DNA of 62,942 nt, filler included, from Conidiobolus incongruus B7586 (GCA_000697335.1; 16 parts of 16 records of this genome joined end to end with filler, not necessarily neighbours in it); one strand, 5' to 3'. Shown: positions 27,204 through 42,411, counted from the whole stretch's first letter. Numbers and translations: made by a program. The notes: generated by a model not told the origin, from the sequence alone.

Positions 27204-28775
27204 CACTAACCTGCAAAAGTGAGTCATAAAATCAAAAACACTTATATTTTTACTAATAACTTGATTAATATTTAATGAAATAAATTTAAATTAAATAATT
27301 AAAATCTATTATATTTATTAATTATATATATCATTAAATGATGATATTTAGCTATTAATTAACTAAAATATAAACCTTTAAATTTTACCTAAGGTGAGTT
27401 ATAAATTTATAGGTTTTTAGTGATAAAAAAAAATTAAAACCTAGTATATTTATCTTTAGCTTTTTTAATATCTTTAAGTTTGTAGGGTATAGAATCAACT
27501 AACTTTTTATACTAAGAAAAGTTAATCTTGTTTTATGCTTCTTAAATATATTCTTAAAGTTGATTTAAATCTTTAACTAAGGGGAAAGCTTTAATAGCTT
27601 TTTTTAATTAATCTTAAAGGTGTTTAATTAAATTAAAGTTAAGAGATTGAAGAAGCTACTTCATAACTATTATCTTGTTATTTTTAAGTTATTTAATAAT
27701 AGAAGTTATAGTATAACAAGAGGTATTATCTTACTAGAAAATAATATCAAATTTATTTAACCTATATTATTTAATAGTTTTTTTTAATTTATTGTTTAGA
27801 ATATTTTAATATATCTCAGCATTAATTCCCCTATTAACTTTATATAGATACCCTACACCTAAAAATAACATACATCCCCAAATAATAATTAACCTATTAT
27901 TATACTTTTAGGTAGAATTAACATAATAGTTATAAAGTAGTTTTGCATCTTTTCTAAAGTATCTAGCTTTTCTATTAAATCTACTAAGGTATATTTTTGT
28001 TTTATTAAACTAAATAACCTTATTCTAATTAGTTTTAGTTTAATATTAATGATGACATTTAAACTCTTGTTTAACTTTATAATGGGATTTCTTTAGTTGG
28101 GAGTGTTTTTTCTTAAGGTGTAAGTAATATTTATGCTAATGTAAAACACATATAGTAGTATTAATTCTAACTAATATTCTTGTATAGTTTTATAGTTCCT
28201 GTTGTATTTCTATAGTAGTACTATACTTGCTTGTATTAACTAACCTACAGATATACTTCTCATCATGTTTATTTATAATCCTAATATACTTAAGTTTAAG
28301 TTTATATGTTTCTTTATTATTATTCTTAATAACTTTAACTATAATAAACTAGCTAACACTAGTAATTCTAGCAATATTATAAGTTGATTTACCTTTTTTA
28401 TAAAGTTAATTAATACATAGGTAGATTTTTTTAAAGAGGGATTTAGGTATAATAATACTAATAAAAAAATTTAGTATATCTGTAAAATATAATATAAAAT
28501 AATAACAAAGAGAGAAAAAAAATATGGTTATATATTGTTAAATATATCCTTTTATCTCAAAAACCCACAAATTTATAACTCACCTTAGTTAAATATTAAA
28601 GGTTAATATTTTTGCTAATAGTTTACTATATATATTTAAATATATTTATTTATTATTAAATAATATATTTTAATTATATTTTATAATTTCAAGTAATCTA
28701 ATATATACAATTGTTTTAGTTATTAATTAATATAAATATATTTTTGATTTTATAACTAACTTTTGTAGGTTAGTA
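27204..28775 (-). mobile_element. Tc1-like A1 full-length copy nested in an older A2 copy
   Basis: Both TIRs and TA flanks are present (1572 bp). The flanks 27174-27203 and 28776 onward match the A2 left end at ~9660-9760. Confidence 0.9.
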
Positions 28776-29640
28776 TATATTCAAATTAAAAATTTGTTAG
28801 TTTTAATATTGATAAAAAAATTAATATCTAATATATTTATCTTTTTGCTTTTCTAACTTCATTAAGTTTATAAGGTATAAAGTCAATTAGTTTCTTATAT
28901 TAAACATAACTAATATTATTTTAAGCTTTTGTAAATATATTTTTAAAGTTAATTTAAATTTTTTGTTAAAAAGAAAGCTTTAATTAATTTTTTTAATGAA
29001 TCACAAAGATATTTAATTAAGTTAAAATTAAAAGATTGAGGAAGCTTTTTCATTATAGTTATTTTGTTATTTTTAAGCTATTTAATGATAGAGTTTATAA
29101 TATAATAAAAGGTATTATTTTGTTAGAAAATAATGTTTGATTTATTTAACTTATATTTTTTAAGTTTTTTTCAATTAATTATTCAAAATATTTTAATATA
29201 TCTCAATATTAATTCCCTTATTAATAGTATAAAAATACCTTATATCTAAAGATAATACAGGTCTTTAAATTATAATTAACCTATTATTATATTTTAAGGT
29301 TATAATATTATAATAATTACAAAGTAATTTTTTATCCTTTTTGAAATATTTAACTTTTTTATTAAATTTATTAAAATATATCTTTGTTTTATTAAATTAA
29401 ATAATTTTACTTTAATTAGTTTTAGTTTAACTTTAATATTGATATTTAAACTCCTATTTACTTTGATAATAAGACCTCTATAGTTAAAAATATTTTTTTT
29501 AAGATATAAACAGTATTTAAACTAATATAAAATATATATAATAGTATTTAATACTAATTAATATTTTTATATAGTCTTATAATTTTTATTATAATTTTAT
29601 AATAATATTATATTTATCTCTATTAACTAATCTATGATTA
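28776..29640 (-). mobile_element. Older Tc1-like A2 fragment
   Basis: Collinear with ~9720-10570, more AT-rich than it, and ends at a gap. Confidence 0.75.
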
Positions 29641-29783
29641 NNNNNNNNNNNNNNNNNNNNNNNNNNNNNNNNNNNNNNNNNNNNTTAATTAATTAANNNN
29701 NNNNNNNNNNNNNNNNNNNNNNNNNNNNNNNNNNNNNNNNATAATGCTATAAAAATATATATTCTTCAGATATATTGAATATA

Positions 29784-31325
29784 CACAGACTTGCAAAAGT
29801 AAGTTATAAAATCAAAATATATATATTAATTAATAACTAAAATAATTGTTTATATTAGATTACTTGAAATTATAATATATAATTAAGATATATTATTAAA
29901 TAATAAATATATATATTTAGATATATATATTAAACTATTAGCAAAAATATTAACCCTTATTATTTAACCAAGATAAGTTATAAATTTGTTGGTTTTTGAG
30001 ATAAAGGGATATATTTAACAATATATAACCATATCTTTTTTGTCTCTTTGCTATTATTTTATATTATATTTTACAGATATACTACATTTTTTTTATTAAT
30101 ATTATTATACTTAAATCCCTCTCTAAAAAAATCTATTTGTGTATTAATTAACTTTATAAAGAAAGTAAATCAACTTGTGATATTACTAAAATTAATAGTG
30201 TTAGCTAGTTTACTATAGCTAGGGTTATTAAGAATAATAATAAAGAAATATTTAAACTTAAACTTAAGTATGTTAAAATTATAAATAAATATATTAAGAA
30301 GTATATTTATAGGTTGATTAATATAAGTAAATATAATATTACTATAAAAATATAGTAGGAACTATAAAACTATACAAGAATATTAGTTAACACTGATAAT
30401 ATTATATGTACTTTATATTAGCATGGATATCACTTACACTTTATAAAAAAACACTTATAACTAAAAAAATCCTATTATAAAGCTAAGTAAGAGTTTAAAT
30501 GTCATCACTAATGTTAAATTATAACTAATTATAATAAGGTTATTTAGTTTAATAAAACAATAATATACCTTAGTAGATTTAATAGAAAAGCTAGATGCTT
30601 TAGAAAAAATACAGAATTATTTTATAACTATTATGTTAATTTTACCTAAAAATACAATAGTAGGTTAATTATTATTTAGGGATATATATTATCTTTTAGT
30701 GTAGGGTATCTTTATAAAGTTAATAAGGGAATTAATACTAAGATATATTAAAATATTCTAAATAATAAAATAAAAAAAATCATTAAAAAATATAGGTTAA
30801 ATAAATCTGATATTATTTTTTAATAAGATAATACCTTTTATTATACTATAGCTTTTATTACCAAATAGCTTAAAAATAATAAGATAATAGTTATAAAGTA
30901 GCTTTTTCAATCTCTTAACTTTAATCTAATTAAACACCTTTAGGATTAATTAAAAAAAGCTATTAAAGTTTTCCCCCTAGCTAAAAATTTAGATCAACTT
31001 TAGGAATATGTTCAAGAAATATAAAACAAAATTAACCCTTCTTAGTGTAAAAAGTTAGTTGATTCTATACCCCACAAACTTAAAAAAGTTAGAAAAGATA
31101 AAGGTAGATACACTAGGTTTTAATTTTTTTATCACCAAAAACTTACAAATTTATAACTTACCCTAGATAAAATTGAAGGGTTTATATTTTAGACAATTAA
31201 TAGCTAAATATCATCATTTAATGATATATATAATTAATAAATATAATAGATTTTAATTTAATTTAGATTTATTTCATTAAATATTAATCAAGTTATTAGT
31301 AATAATATAAGTGTTTTTGATTTTA
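29784..31325 (+). mobile_element. Tc1-like A1 copy lacking the last ~25 bp
   Basis: Starts TA|CACAGACTTGCAAAAGTAAGTTATAAAATC and is the reverse complement of 16187-17756. Confidence 0.88.
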
Positions 31326-32015
31326 AAATAAGATTTATATATTAATATTTTTTATATTTGCATTATAAGACTAGGGCAAAATTTTCTGGGTAGACTAAGT
31401 ATTTTAAATTATATTTGCTTTTATATATATAGAATAAATATTGTATTATTGAATAAATCTAATATATTGATAATAATCACAAAAATTATTTAATTTAAAA
31501 TTATTATTGGACTATGATTGTATTATGAATTTTTCTAATTAAATACTTAAAACTTTATAATTTTATAGAATTTAAATTATAATTATCATTTATTCATTAT
31601 TTTTCGAAATAACTATATATCCTGGTGATTTAAAATATTGTAGAATTTATATTAGAATTTTTTTATCAATTTTTTGACAGTGATACAATAATATTATATA
31701 TTATAAAATTAATATTTATTTATATTATAATTTGCACTAAATTTGAAATATTGTTAATAGTTAATTAACAAATTAAACTATTATTTAAAATTAATTAATT
31801 AATTTTTTATAATAATAGAATTCATTTCTAACTTAAAATATTAATTTATAATGATTAATTAATATAATTTCATAAGTATAATATTTTAATTATATGCAAT
31901 CTAAATTATATTTACAAAAGAATAAAAATTTTAAATAATTCTTATGATCAAAATGATAAATTAACTAATTTAATATTTCTGTATAAATGGATTAAATTGA
32001 CAAAATTGGATAATA

Positions 32016-33190
32016 TTATCTTAAATTTGAAATAATAGGAAATGTTTTAATTTCTTATTTTTCAATTATATGATTAGTTTGAAATAAAGAAATATATACA
32101 AAATTAATAGAAAACTATATATTTTCAATATTGATATATATATAATAGTTTATTTGATTAAAAAATTAATTTTTTCAAATTGGTTATTTAATTTAATAAT
32201 ATTTATAATAAATAATAATTATTAAAAGTCTGTTATTTTGGTATCTATAAAACTTAACCATAAACACATTAAAATTATTTAAAATTTACCAGCAGTTTGT
32301 AATAATGAAGAATTATTTATATAAATAATTCATTATTTGATAAATTATCTTAAGGTTAAAAAAATTATCCAAAATCTATCAAAATTTTCAAAACCAACTT
32401 TAACTATTATTTTTTAATTATTAATAAAATAAAAAAACATATTGAAAAGCACTCTTTTATGTCAGATAAAGAGTTATCTAAGTATTTTAATATTAGTCTT
32501 ATAAGTATTTTATAAATATTAAAGTTTAAATTTAAATTAATAAATTAATATATAAAAAATATATTTTATAGTTTAATTAAAGTTTATAAAAAAGCTAAAA
32601 TAGTTATAAGTAAATAAAACTTATTAAAATATTACCAGAAGCTTAAATTTTTATAATAAATAGTTGTTATTAATGAATCTTAAATCCTTATATATAATCC
32701 TTTATTAAAACTCAAATTAAAATGATAGATTAAGCTGCATCAACCCTCTTTACAGATCCTTTTAAATAAATATTTTGTTAATAAATAAATATTAATTATT
32801 ATAATGGATAATAATGATATATATTACTTTTATTTTTTTTCTATAAGAAAATCAAATAATATTCAACTTTATATTGATTTCTTTTTAAAAAAAGAATTAT
32901 TAATTTATATTCTTAATATAGTTTAAAAAAAATATTATTTTATTTAATAATTGCATAATATATAAATTGAATAATATTATAAACTTTTTAATTAAAAATA
33001 ACTGGAAAAAACTACCATATCTAGTATATTCCTTAGATTATAATATATATAATTATAATTTCTTTAGATATTTAAAAAACTAGCTTATATATATTTTAAT
33101 TATTTTGTATAGTATTAAATATTGGTTTTTAATAGAAAGAAATATATTTCAATATCAGAAATATACCAAAAAATTGTAAAAGATTATTAA
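32016..33190 (+). mobile_element. Mariner B2 copy, degenerate, abutting a B1 copy
   Basis: Starts TA|TTATCTTAAATTTGAAATAATAGGAAAT; NWKKLPYLVYSLDY near 33000. Confidence 0.75.
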
Positions 33191-33192
33191 TA

Positions 33193-34455
33193 TTACTATA
33201 GAAATTAAGAAATAGCAAATTTTTTAATTTCTGATCTTTCAAACATATTATATATTTTGAAAGATTATATATATATATAGTATATAGGAAAATAAATATT
33301 TTCAAACTATATATATTTATTAAATTTTAGTTCTTTTTTTAATAAAATATTTTGATTTTAAAATTTATACTTAAATTTAATCATACTTAAACCTAATTGT
33401 GATTATCAAAAGGCTTCTATATTTATATCTTTAAAACTTAACTATAAACCTTATAAAATCATCTAAAACTTGCAAACACCTTATAGAGATGATGCTTTAT
33501 CTAAAACTACTATATATCACTAGATTTTTTGATTTTAAAACTGGAAGGGACATTATTTAAAATTTACCAAAATCTAAAAAACTAATTTCTACTATTACTT
33601 TTTCACTTACTAATAGAGTAAAAAAATATATTAAGAAATACCCTTTTATTTCTGTTAGAGAACTATCAAAGTGATTTAATATTTATTATATAAGCATGTT
33701 ATATTTACTTTAGTTTAAACTTGGATTAATTAATAAAAATGTAAAATGGATATCTTATAATTTAATAGAAGCTTAAAAGAAAACTAGAGTAGCTATAGCT
33801 AAACTAAACTTATTAAGGTATAACTAAAAACAAAGGTTTTTACAACAAATACTTATAATTGATAAATCTTTAATTCCTTTATATAATCCTTTACCTAAAA
33901 ATAAAACAAGATGTTAGGTTAAGCTAAATCAACCCTCTTTATAAATTCTAATAAAAAAAGACTTTAAATATAAACAAATGCTAATTGTTATAATATATTA
34001 TAGTAGTATAGAGTTTTTTTATTTAATACCTTAAGGAAAATTAATTAAGAGTATAATTATATTATCTTGTTAAATAAAACAATTTCTAAATAATGTTCTT
34101 AATATAAATTAAAAATACCTATTATTTTACATTATAATTACACAATACATAAAACTAGAACTATTTAATATTATTTATATAAAAACAATTAGAGTGAGTT
34201 ACCATATCTAGTATATTCACTTAATTATAACCTATGTTATTATAATTGTTTTAAACAATTAAAAAAACAGCTTACATGAAAAAAATTGCTGCAAACAAAT
34301 TAAATCAGTTTGTAAAAATATTTAATCTCAGTCTTTAATAAAAAAACTATTTTTTAAATATTAGAAGCTTACTAAAAATATAGAAAAAAGTAATTAATAA
34401 TAAAAGAGACTATTAATTTTATATTATTCATTAATTTTTATATATTATTTATTAA
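33193..34455 (+). mobile_element. Mariner subfamily B1 copy, right TIR missing
   Basis: Collinear with 54357-55620. KWISYNLIEA near 33745 derives from the mariner WVPHEL linker motif. Confidence 0.85.
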
Positions 34456-35250
34456 TTATACTAATAATATAAATTAATAAATAATGATATTTAGTTATTA
34501 ATTGGTTAAAATATCTTATTTTAAATTTTATTTAAAATATAATATAAATTTATAAGTTTTTAACAATAAAAAAATAAAACTTATTATATCTATCTTTAAC
34601 CTTTTGATTTTTTTTAAATTATTAAATTAAATAACTTTTTATATTAAAAAAATTAATCTTATTTTATGTTTTTTAAATATATTCTTAAAGCTAATACAAA
34701 TCTTTTGTTAAAATAAGAGCTTTAATAATTTTTTAAGAGTTTTTAAAGATATTTAATTAAATTAAGTTTAAAAAATTAAAAAAGCTACTTTATAACTATT
34801 ATTTTGTTAATTTTAAGCTATTTGGTAATAAAAGTTATAATATAACAAGAGGTATTATTTTTAAAAAAATAATATTCAATATGTTTAATATATATTAATT
34901 AATATTATTTTAAATTTAATATTTAAAATTCGATAATATATCTCATTATTAATTACTTTATTAACTTTATAAAAGTATTTTATATTTAAAATAAAATATA
35001 TTCTTAAATAATAATGAACTTAATATTAAACTTTTGGGTAAAATCAATATAATAATTATATAATAATTCTGTATTATTTTCAATTTTCTAGTTTTTTATC
35101 AAAATAATTAAAATATATTTTTGTTTTATTAGATTAAATAAACTTATTTTAATTAGTCTTAATTAAATATTAATAGTAATATTTAAATTTTTACAATCTT
35201 TTATAATAAAATCTATTTAATTAAAGATGTTTTTTTTAATATATAAATTA
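34456..35250 (-). mobile_element. Very degenerate Tc1-like fragment
   Basis: Collinear with 16290-17110 but nearly stripped of C and G. Boundaries approximate. Confidence 0.65.
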
Positions 35251-35252
35251 TA

Positions 35253-36830
35253 TACTAACCTACAAGAGTAAGTTATAAAATCAAAAATGTATATATTTTA
35301 ATTAATAACTAAAACAATTTTATATATTAGATTACTTGAAACTATAATATATAATTAAGGTATATTATTTAATAATAAATAAATATTTTTAGATATATTT
35401 AATAGACTATTAGCAAAAAAATTAACCTTTAATATTTAACTAAAGTTAGTTATAAATTTATAGGTTTTTGAGATAAGGGGATATATTTAACAATATATAA
35501 CCATATCTTTTTTCTCTTTTTGTTATTATTTTATATAATATTTTACAGATATACTAAATTTTTATATGAGTTTTATTATACCTAAATCCCTCTTTAAAAA
35601 AATCTATTTGTGTATCAATTAACTTTATAAAGAAAGTAAATTAACTTGTAATATTGCTAGAATTACTAGTGTTAGTTAGTTTACTATAGTTAAAGCTATT
35701 AAGAATAGCAATAAAAAAACATTTAAACTTAAACTTAAACTTAAGTGTGTTAAGATTATAGATAAATATGATAAGAAATATATCTATAGGTTGGTTAATA
35801 TAAGCAAGTATAGTATTACTATAGAAATATAACAAGAATTATAAAACTATATAGGAATATTAATTAGCACTAATATTATTATATGTACTTTATATTAATA
35901 TAGATACTATTTACACTTTAAGAAAAAACACCTTAAACTAAAGAAATCCTATTATCAAGCTAGATGGGAGTTTAAATGTTGCTATTAATATTGAATTAAA
36001 ATTTATTAGAGTAAAGTTATTTAATTTAATGAAATAAAAATATACTTTAGTAGATTTGATAAAAAAACTAAATACTTTAAAAAAGATATAAAACTACTTT
36101 GTGATTATTATGTTAATTCTACCTAAAAATATAATAGTAGGTTAATTATTATTTAAGGATATATATTGTCTTTAGGTGTAAAGTATCTTTATAAAGTTAA
36201 TAATGGAATTAATACTAAAATATATTAAAGTATTTTAAACAATAAATTGAAAAAAACTATTGAATAATATAGATTAAACAAATCTAATGTTATTTTCTAA
36301 TAAGATAATGTTTTTTACTATACTATAGCTCCTACTACCAAATAACTTAAAAATAACAAGATAATAGTTATTAAGTAGCTTCTTTAATCTCTTAACTTTA
36401 ATCTAATTAAACACTTTTGGGATTAGTTAAAAAAAGCTATTAAAGCTTTCCCCCTAGTAAAAAATTTAAATCAATTTTAGGAATATGTTTAAGAAGTATA
36501 AAACAAGATTAACCTTTTTTAGTATAAGAAGTTAGTTGATTCTATACCCTATAAACTTAAAGAAGTTAGAAAAGTTAAAGGTAAATACACTAGGTTTTAA
36601 TTTTTTTTTATCACTAAAAACCTACAAATTTATAACTCACCTTAGGTAAAATTTAAAAGTTTATATTTTACCCAATTAATAGCTAAATATTATTATTTAA
36701 TGATGTATAAAACTATTAAATATAATAGATTTTAATTATTTAATTTAGATTTATTTTATTAAATAGTAATCAAGTTATTAATAAAAATATAAGTGTTTTT
36801 GATTGTATAACTTACTTTTACAGGTTAGTG
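35253..36830 (+). mobile_element. Tc1-like A1 full-length copy
   Basis: TA|TACTAACCTACAAGAG...TTTTACAGGTTAGTG|TA, with one extra AAACTT unit near 35730. Confidence 0.9.
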
Positions 36831-36851
36831 TATATATATTAATATAAAGTA

Positions 36852-38165
36852 TTAGTATAAAAATTAAGTAATGGTAAAATTTTAAAATTAAAATTAAACA
36901 AATAAATTACTAAATAATATATAAATATTAATAAATTATATAAAATTAATTACCTCTTTTATTATTAATAACTTTTTTCTTTATTTTTAATAAGCTTCTA
37001 ATTCCTAAAAAAAAGTTCTTTTTATTAAAGACTGAAATTTAATATTTTAAAGATAAATTTAATTTGTTTATAGTAATTTTTTTTCTTAAAAGCTGTTTTT
37101 TTAATTTTCTAAAACAATTATAATAACATAGGTTATAATTAGGTGAATATACTAGATATAGTAACTCACTCTAATTTTTTTATATAAAAAATCTTTTATA
37201 GTTTTAGCTTTATATTTTTTATAATTATTATACAAAATAATAAGTGTCTTTAATTTATATTAAGAAAACTATTTAAAAATTATTTTATTTAAAAAAGTAA
37301 TATATAACTTATTATTAATTGATTTTCTTTAAGGTATTAAATAAAAAAACTATATACTACTATATTATATTATAACAATTAGCATTTGTTTATATTTAAA
37401 GTCTTTTTTTATTAGAATTTATAGAGAGGGTTGATTTAGCTTAACCTAAGATCTTGTTTTATTTTTAGGTAAAGGATTATATAAAGGAATTAAAGATTTA
37501 TCAATTATAAGTATTTGCTGTAAAAAACTTTGTTTTAAGTTATACCTTAATAGGTTTAGTTTAGCTATAACTACTTTACTTTTTTTAAGTTTTTGTTAAA
37601 TTATAAAGTATTTATTTTACATTGTAATTATTTAATCTAATTTTAAATTTAAGTAAATATAACATATTTATATAATTAATATTAAATTACTTTAATAACT
37701 CTTTAGCAGAAATAAAAGGGTATTTCTTAATATATTTTTTTACTTTATTAGTAAGTAAAAGAGTAATAGTAGAAATTAGTCTTTTAGATTTTGGTAAATT
37801 TTAAATAATGTCCCTTCTAGCTTTAAATTCACAAATCTAGCAATATATGGTAGTTTTAGATAAAACACCATCTTCATAAGCTCTTTGCAAGTTTTAAATG
37901 ATTTTAGAGGGTTTTTGGTTAAGTTTTAAAGATAGAAAAGTAAAAGCCTTTTGATAATTACAATCTGGTTTAAGTATGATTAAATTTAAGCATACATTTT
38001 AAAATCAAAATATTTTAATAAAAAAAGGTATTAAAATTAAATAAGTATATATAGTTTGAAAATATTTATTTTTCTATATAATATATATATATATATATAA
38101 TCTTTTAAAATATATAATATATTTTAAAAATCAAATATTAAAAAACTTACCATTTTTTAAATATT
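36852..38165 (-). mobile_element. Mariner subfamily B1 copy
   Basis: Starts TA|TTAGTATAAAAATTAAGTAATGGTA and is the reverse complement of 54357-55676. Confidence 0.87.
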
Positions 38166-39843
38166 ATATAAATATTTAAGGTTATTAAAAATTATAATAA
38201 GGATATATTTAAACTTNNNNNNNNNNNNNNNNNNNNNNNNNNNNNNNNNNNNNNNNNNNNTTAATTAATTAANNNNNNNNNNNNNNNNNNNNNNNNNNNN
38301 NNNNNNNNNNNNNNNNATAAATATATTTAATTAATTTATAAAATATCATATTTCAATTTTTAATAAAAAGAAATATTATTAAATATTAACAAATTATTAT
38401 ATATATAATAAAAAATTAAAAATAAAAAAAATATTAATTTTACTTTATATATTTATTTTAAAAACTTTTATATAAATATATCAATATATTCTCAATTTTA
38501 AATATTCCTATTATTTAATAATTAAAGTAATATTTTGGATATTAATAATTTTTCTAATTTATATCTTTAAACTTTTTTTAAGTATTTCTAATAATTGTTA
38601 TAGATCTTATAAAAATATAAATATATTTTAATAATTATATTTAAAAATTCAATTATCATATTTTATTAGTCATAATTTTTATATCACAAATTTCTAAATT
38701 AGTTTAAAATACAATAATTTAATATATTAAAGTTATCAAATTCTTATATGCAATTATTACTAATATATATATATAAGCATTCGATTTAATAATATATATA
38801 TATAGTGACAGTTTATTTTCAATAATTTTTATTATATACAGATTCAAATATTTCAAATTTATATATAAATTTTTATTTTTATTTTGAAATTTATATAAAT
38901 TAAAAAAATAATAAATATTATCAAATATTAATTTTATTTAAATAATTATTTAAATTATCAAATTTCAAATATTAATTTTAATATAATTAAATAAAACTTA
39001 AATATTAACTAATTATATTTATTTATTAAATATTAAAGTTATAAATATATTTCTTATTAATGATTTAATCATAAAACTATTTATAATAATATTAATAATG
39101 ATTTATTATCAATATTTCATTATAAATTCTTTTATATTAAATTAATTATAAACTTTTAGATATTTGAAATTATTATTATATTAAGAAATCATTATAAAAA
39201 ATTATTATAAATTTTTTAAAATATGGTTAATAAATTTTGAATTTCCAAAATAGGTAATATACAATCAGTTAAAAATTATATAAATATATATATATTTGAT
39301 AATTTCATTATATTAAATTCAGTTAATTCTTATTTAAATTTTTTTTGATAATTAATTATATATATAATTTCTATTAAAATTTATTATTTAAATTATGTAT
39401 AATTCATTATATTTTTGAAAATCAATCATTTAATTGAAATAGATTATAGTTCAAAAATTTAAAATTTAATAATTTTAAAAATATTTATTAATTTTATTAA
39501 ATAAAGAAATTTTGGGATTTATATTTTTAATTTATCAAAATTATATTAGATAAAATTAAAACAATTAAGTTGATTTTAATTAGTATGAATTTTATAGAAA
39601 TTCAATAGTGATTGAAATTCCTTAAAATTTAAAAACTCCAAATAATATTGGAAGATTATAAAATTATCAATTAAATAGAGCACTAATTCAATATTATCAA
39701 AATATAGTATTGATAATAGTTAAATTAAAACAGCATATGGGTGATTATCGAATGCATCATAAATACAACAATGTGCAAAATTAGTCAACTTACTCGTTTG
39801 TAAAGTTGAAATTATAAACTAACAATAAGTTATGCAAGATTTA

Positions 39844-41103
39844 TTAAGCTTCATCCTCATAAGGTACATAAGGTGTCAATAACATTTCACTAAACTTCTT
39901 AATTTCGTCAGCTCCTCTGATCTCATATGTCTTGAGGGGCAGTGTCACAATATGGAAATCTTCGTAAAGATCGTAAATTTGCTCTAAGTACTTTTGTTGC
40001 ATTTTATGACGGACTAGACATTGCTCACAATCGGAGTCTATGGAAGAAGGTTAGTGGATAAAATATATGTTAAATGATATAGTGGTTACCTTTCTTAGGG
40101 AATAACAACTGATTCACTACAATGTTGTGAGTATCAATAGAGTTTTGACTGAGGTCTTGAATGAGACGTTCAGTTTCGTATAAACTTAAAAATTCTGAAA
40201 TACAAACACAGACGAATGTAGTCAATTCCTATTTAAAATTAATAAATTATATTAAATGATGAAATAATAGTGACTTACAGGATCCTTAAATTGTTGATTA
40301 ACTTCACTAACCATTTTAGAAATTTCGTCCAACTTGTCAAATGTGTTCTCGCTGTTGACATCCGTAGAACCCAAAGAGGATGTCATTTGGTCGAATAAAG
40401 GCTTGAATTGGTTCTTGATAGGTCCAAACTTCTTCAACAAGTTATCCAAAGCTGAGGGTAAAGTTAAAAATCTGAGAGTGTGACCAGTGGGAGCAGTGTC
40501 GAAAACTACTACAGAGTACTCGAGACTTTTGACTAATTTCATAACTTCTGCGAACCCTAGAGCTTCATCAACACCTGGTAAAGAACTCATCAAATCGGCA
40601 TATGTGGAAGTGATTGCGGTGGGAGCATCTAGAATATTCATTAACATCTTCATAATATATAAATTCAAAATGAATTTTACTGTTATTAAACATTTCTCTA
40701 GCAGCGGATTGGGGGTCAATTTCCTAAACTCGAGTCAATACCAGATTCCCAAACAAAATTTCTAACATTACCATAGCATATAAATTATCATACCCATTAA
40801 CTAAAAGAGGTTTCTTACCAAACTTCTGACCGAAAGCGTCACTCAAGTTATGAGCAGGGTCCGTACTAATCAATAAAACACTCTTCCTCACCTTGGCAAG
40901 CTGCGTAGCTAAACTACAACTACAAGGATGTTAAACAATAAGACTGATGAGAATTTGGTGAATTACCTAGTAGTGGTTTTACCTACACCACCTTTACCAC
41001 CTACGAAAATCCATTTTAGAGTGTTTTGTTCAATAACGTTGCGTAGAGTTCCTTCTAAAGGTTCGAATTGTTCTTCGTCACTATAATCGCTAATATCTGA
41101 CAT
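39844..41103 (-). CDS. GET3: ATPase GET3 (ArsA/ASNA1/TRC40 family), 336 aa, 6 exons (41103-40967, 40919-40772, 40723-40681, 40628-40279, 40228-40090, 40037-39844)
   Basis: Motifs [19 protein letters not shown] (deviant P-loop), [12 protein letters not shown] (switch I), [13 protein letters not shown] (switch II), [16 protein letters not shown] and the CEQC zinc site. Five GT-AG introns of 47, 48, 52, 50 and 52 bp give a 1011-nt uninterrupted frame. Confidence 0.96.
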
Positions 41104-42411
41104 GATTTTTTTTATTTGATTATTTATAAAATGAATAATGAATGGGAATGATGGAGAATAACTGGTTGAATATATATAATTTTATAAAATTTAGGAATAT
41201 GGGAAGATAAGTGACGAAATTAAGGAAATTAACCAATTAAAATTATTTAATTATTGTTAAATTTCAACATTTTTATCAATCAATACACCAAAATTTCCAC
41301 CTATTTCAAAGTTATAAATATTAATACTTAAATTACTTTAATTGAATTATCATAAATATTAGAACTATTATTTAACTTAAATGATTAAATCAAAATTTTT
41401 AACTGTTTAAAACGATGCACTGTTCAAAATATTAATGTAAATACGCACCAAGAGAGAATCTGAACTTTAAAGCTAGTTTTAAACAATTTGAAATTTATAT
41501 CTATTTCACTATTTTTCAAATGAAATTAGGTTAATACCAATATATCATCCTTTGGTTATTAAGCTAGACTATTACCATATGAAAAAAATACTAATTTTTT
41601 TTGGATAATATTTTAGAAAATTATTTTTAAATAAAACTTGTTTATTAATTAAATATTCAAATGAGTGATATTTATATATTACTTTTTAGGATGAAATAGT
41701 AATTTTATAAAAAAATGTTTGAATAAATAATAAAATATAAATTTATTAACTATGTATTCCAAATAATGAATTTACTAATTAAAATCTCAATTAATTATAT
41801 TATATTTGACAGATACTTTAAAATTATTTTCAAAAATTTCAATTGTTTCTAAGTATTATAAATTTAAATTTGGATCAATATTAGGAATATTATAGTCAAG
41901 TTGCACTAATAAATTGTAAAATTAATTTTGCAATAGAGACTAGTAAGTTATATGTAGATTATTAATTAGAACAACTCTAAAAGGTATTGAATATTTACAC
42001 AAAGAATTAACTTCTAAATTACAATATCATTAAAACATAAAAGATATTTATTCTAAAAAGTTTGTTCCTTTAATAATTTTATTTTTAAGAAATTATTATC
42101 TTTGAAAAAAATAAACTAAAAAATTGGATAATATAATATACATATTTAGAAAGTTTATTGGTAGTATTGAATAATATAAATTTATAATTGATTTTTTTAA
42201 CAAAAATAGAATTGAGATGTTTAATTGAAATGATATTAATTTTAAAACTTGATAAATTCGTAAAGGATATCTCTAGAAAAATAATATAATGTAATATTTA
42301 TAGGGACTGTATTATAATAACATTGAAACAATAATTGAAAATTGATTAATAATTTGAAATTTAACTTTTTAATCAATTAAGCATAAATAATTAATTTGAT
42401 TAAAATCATAT

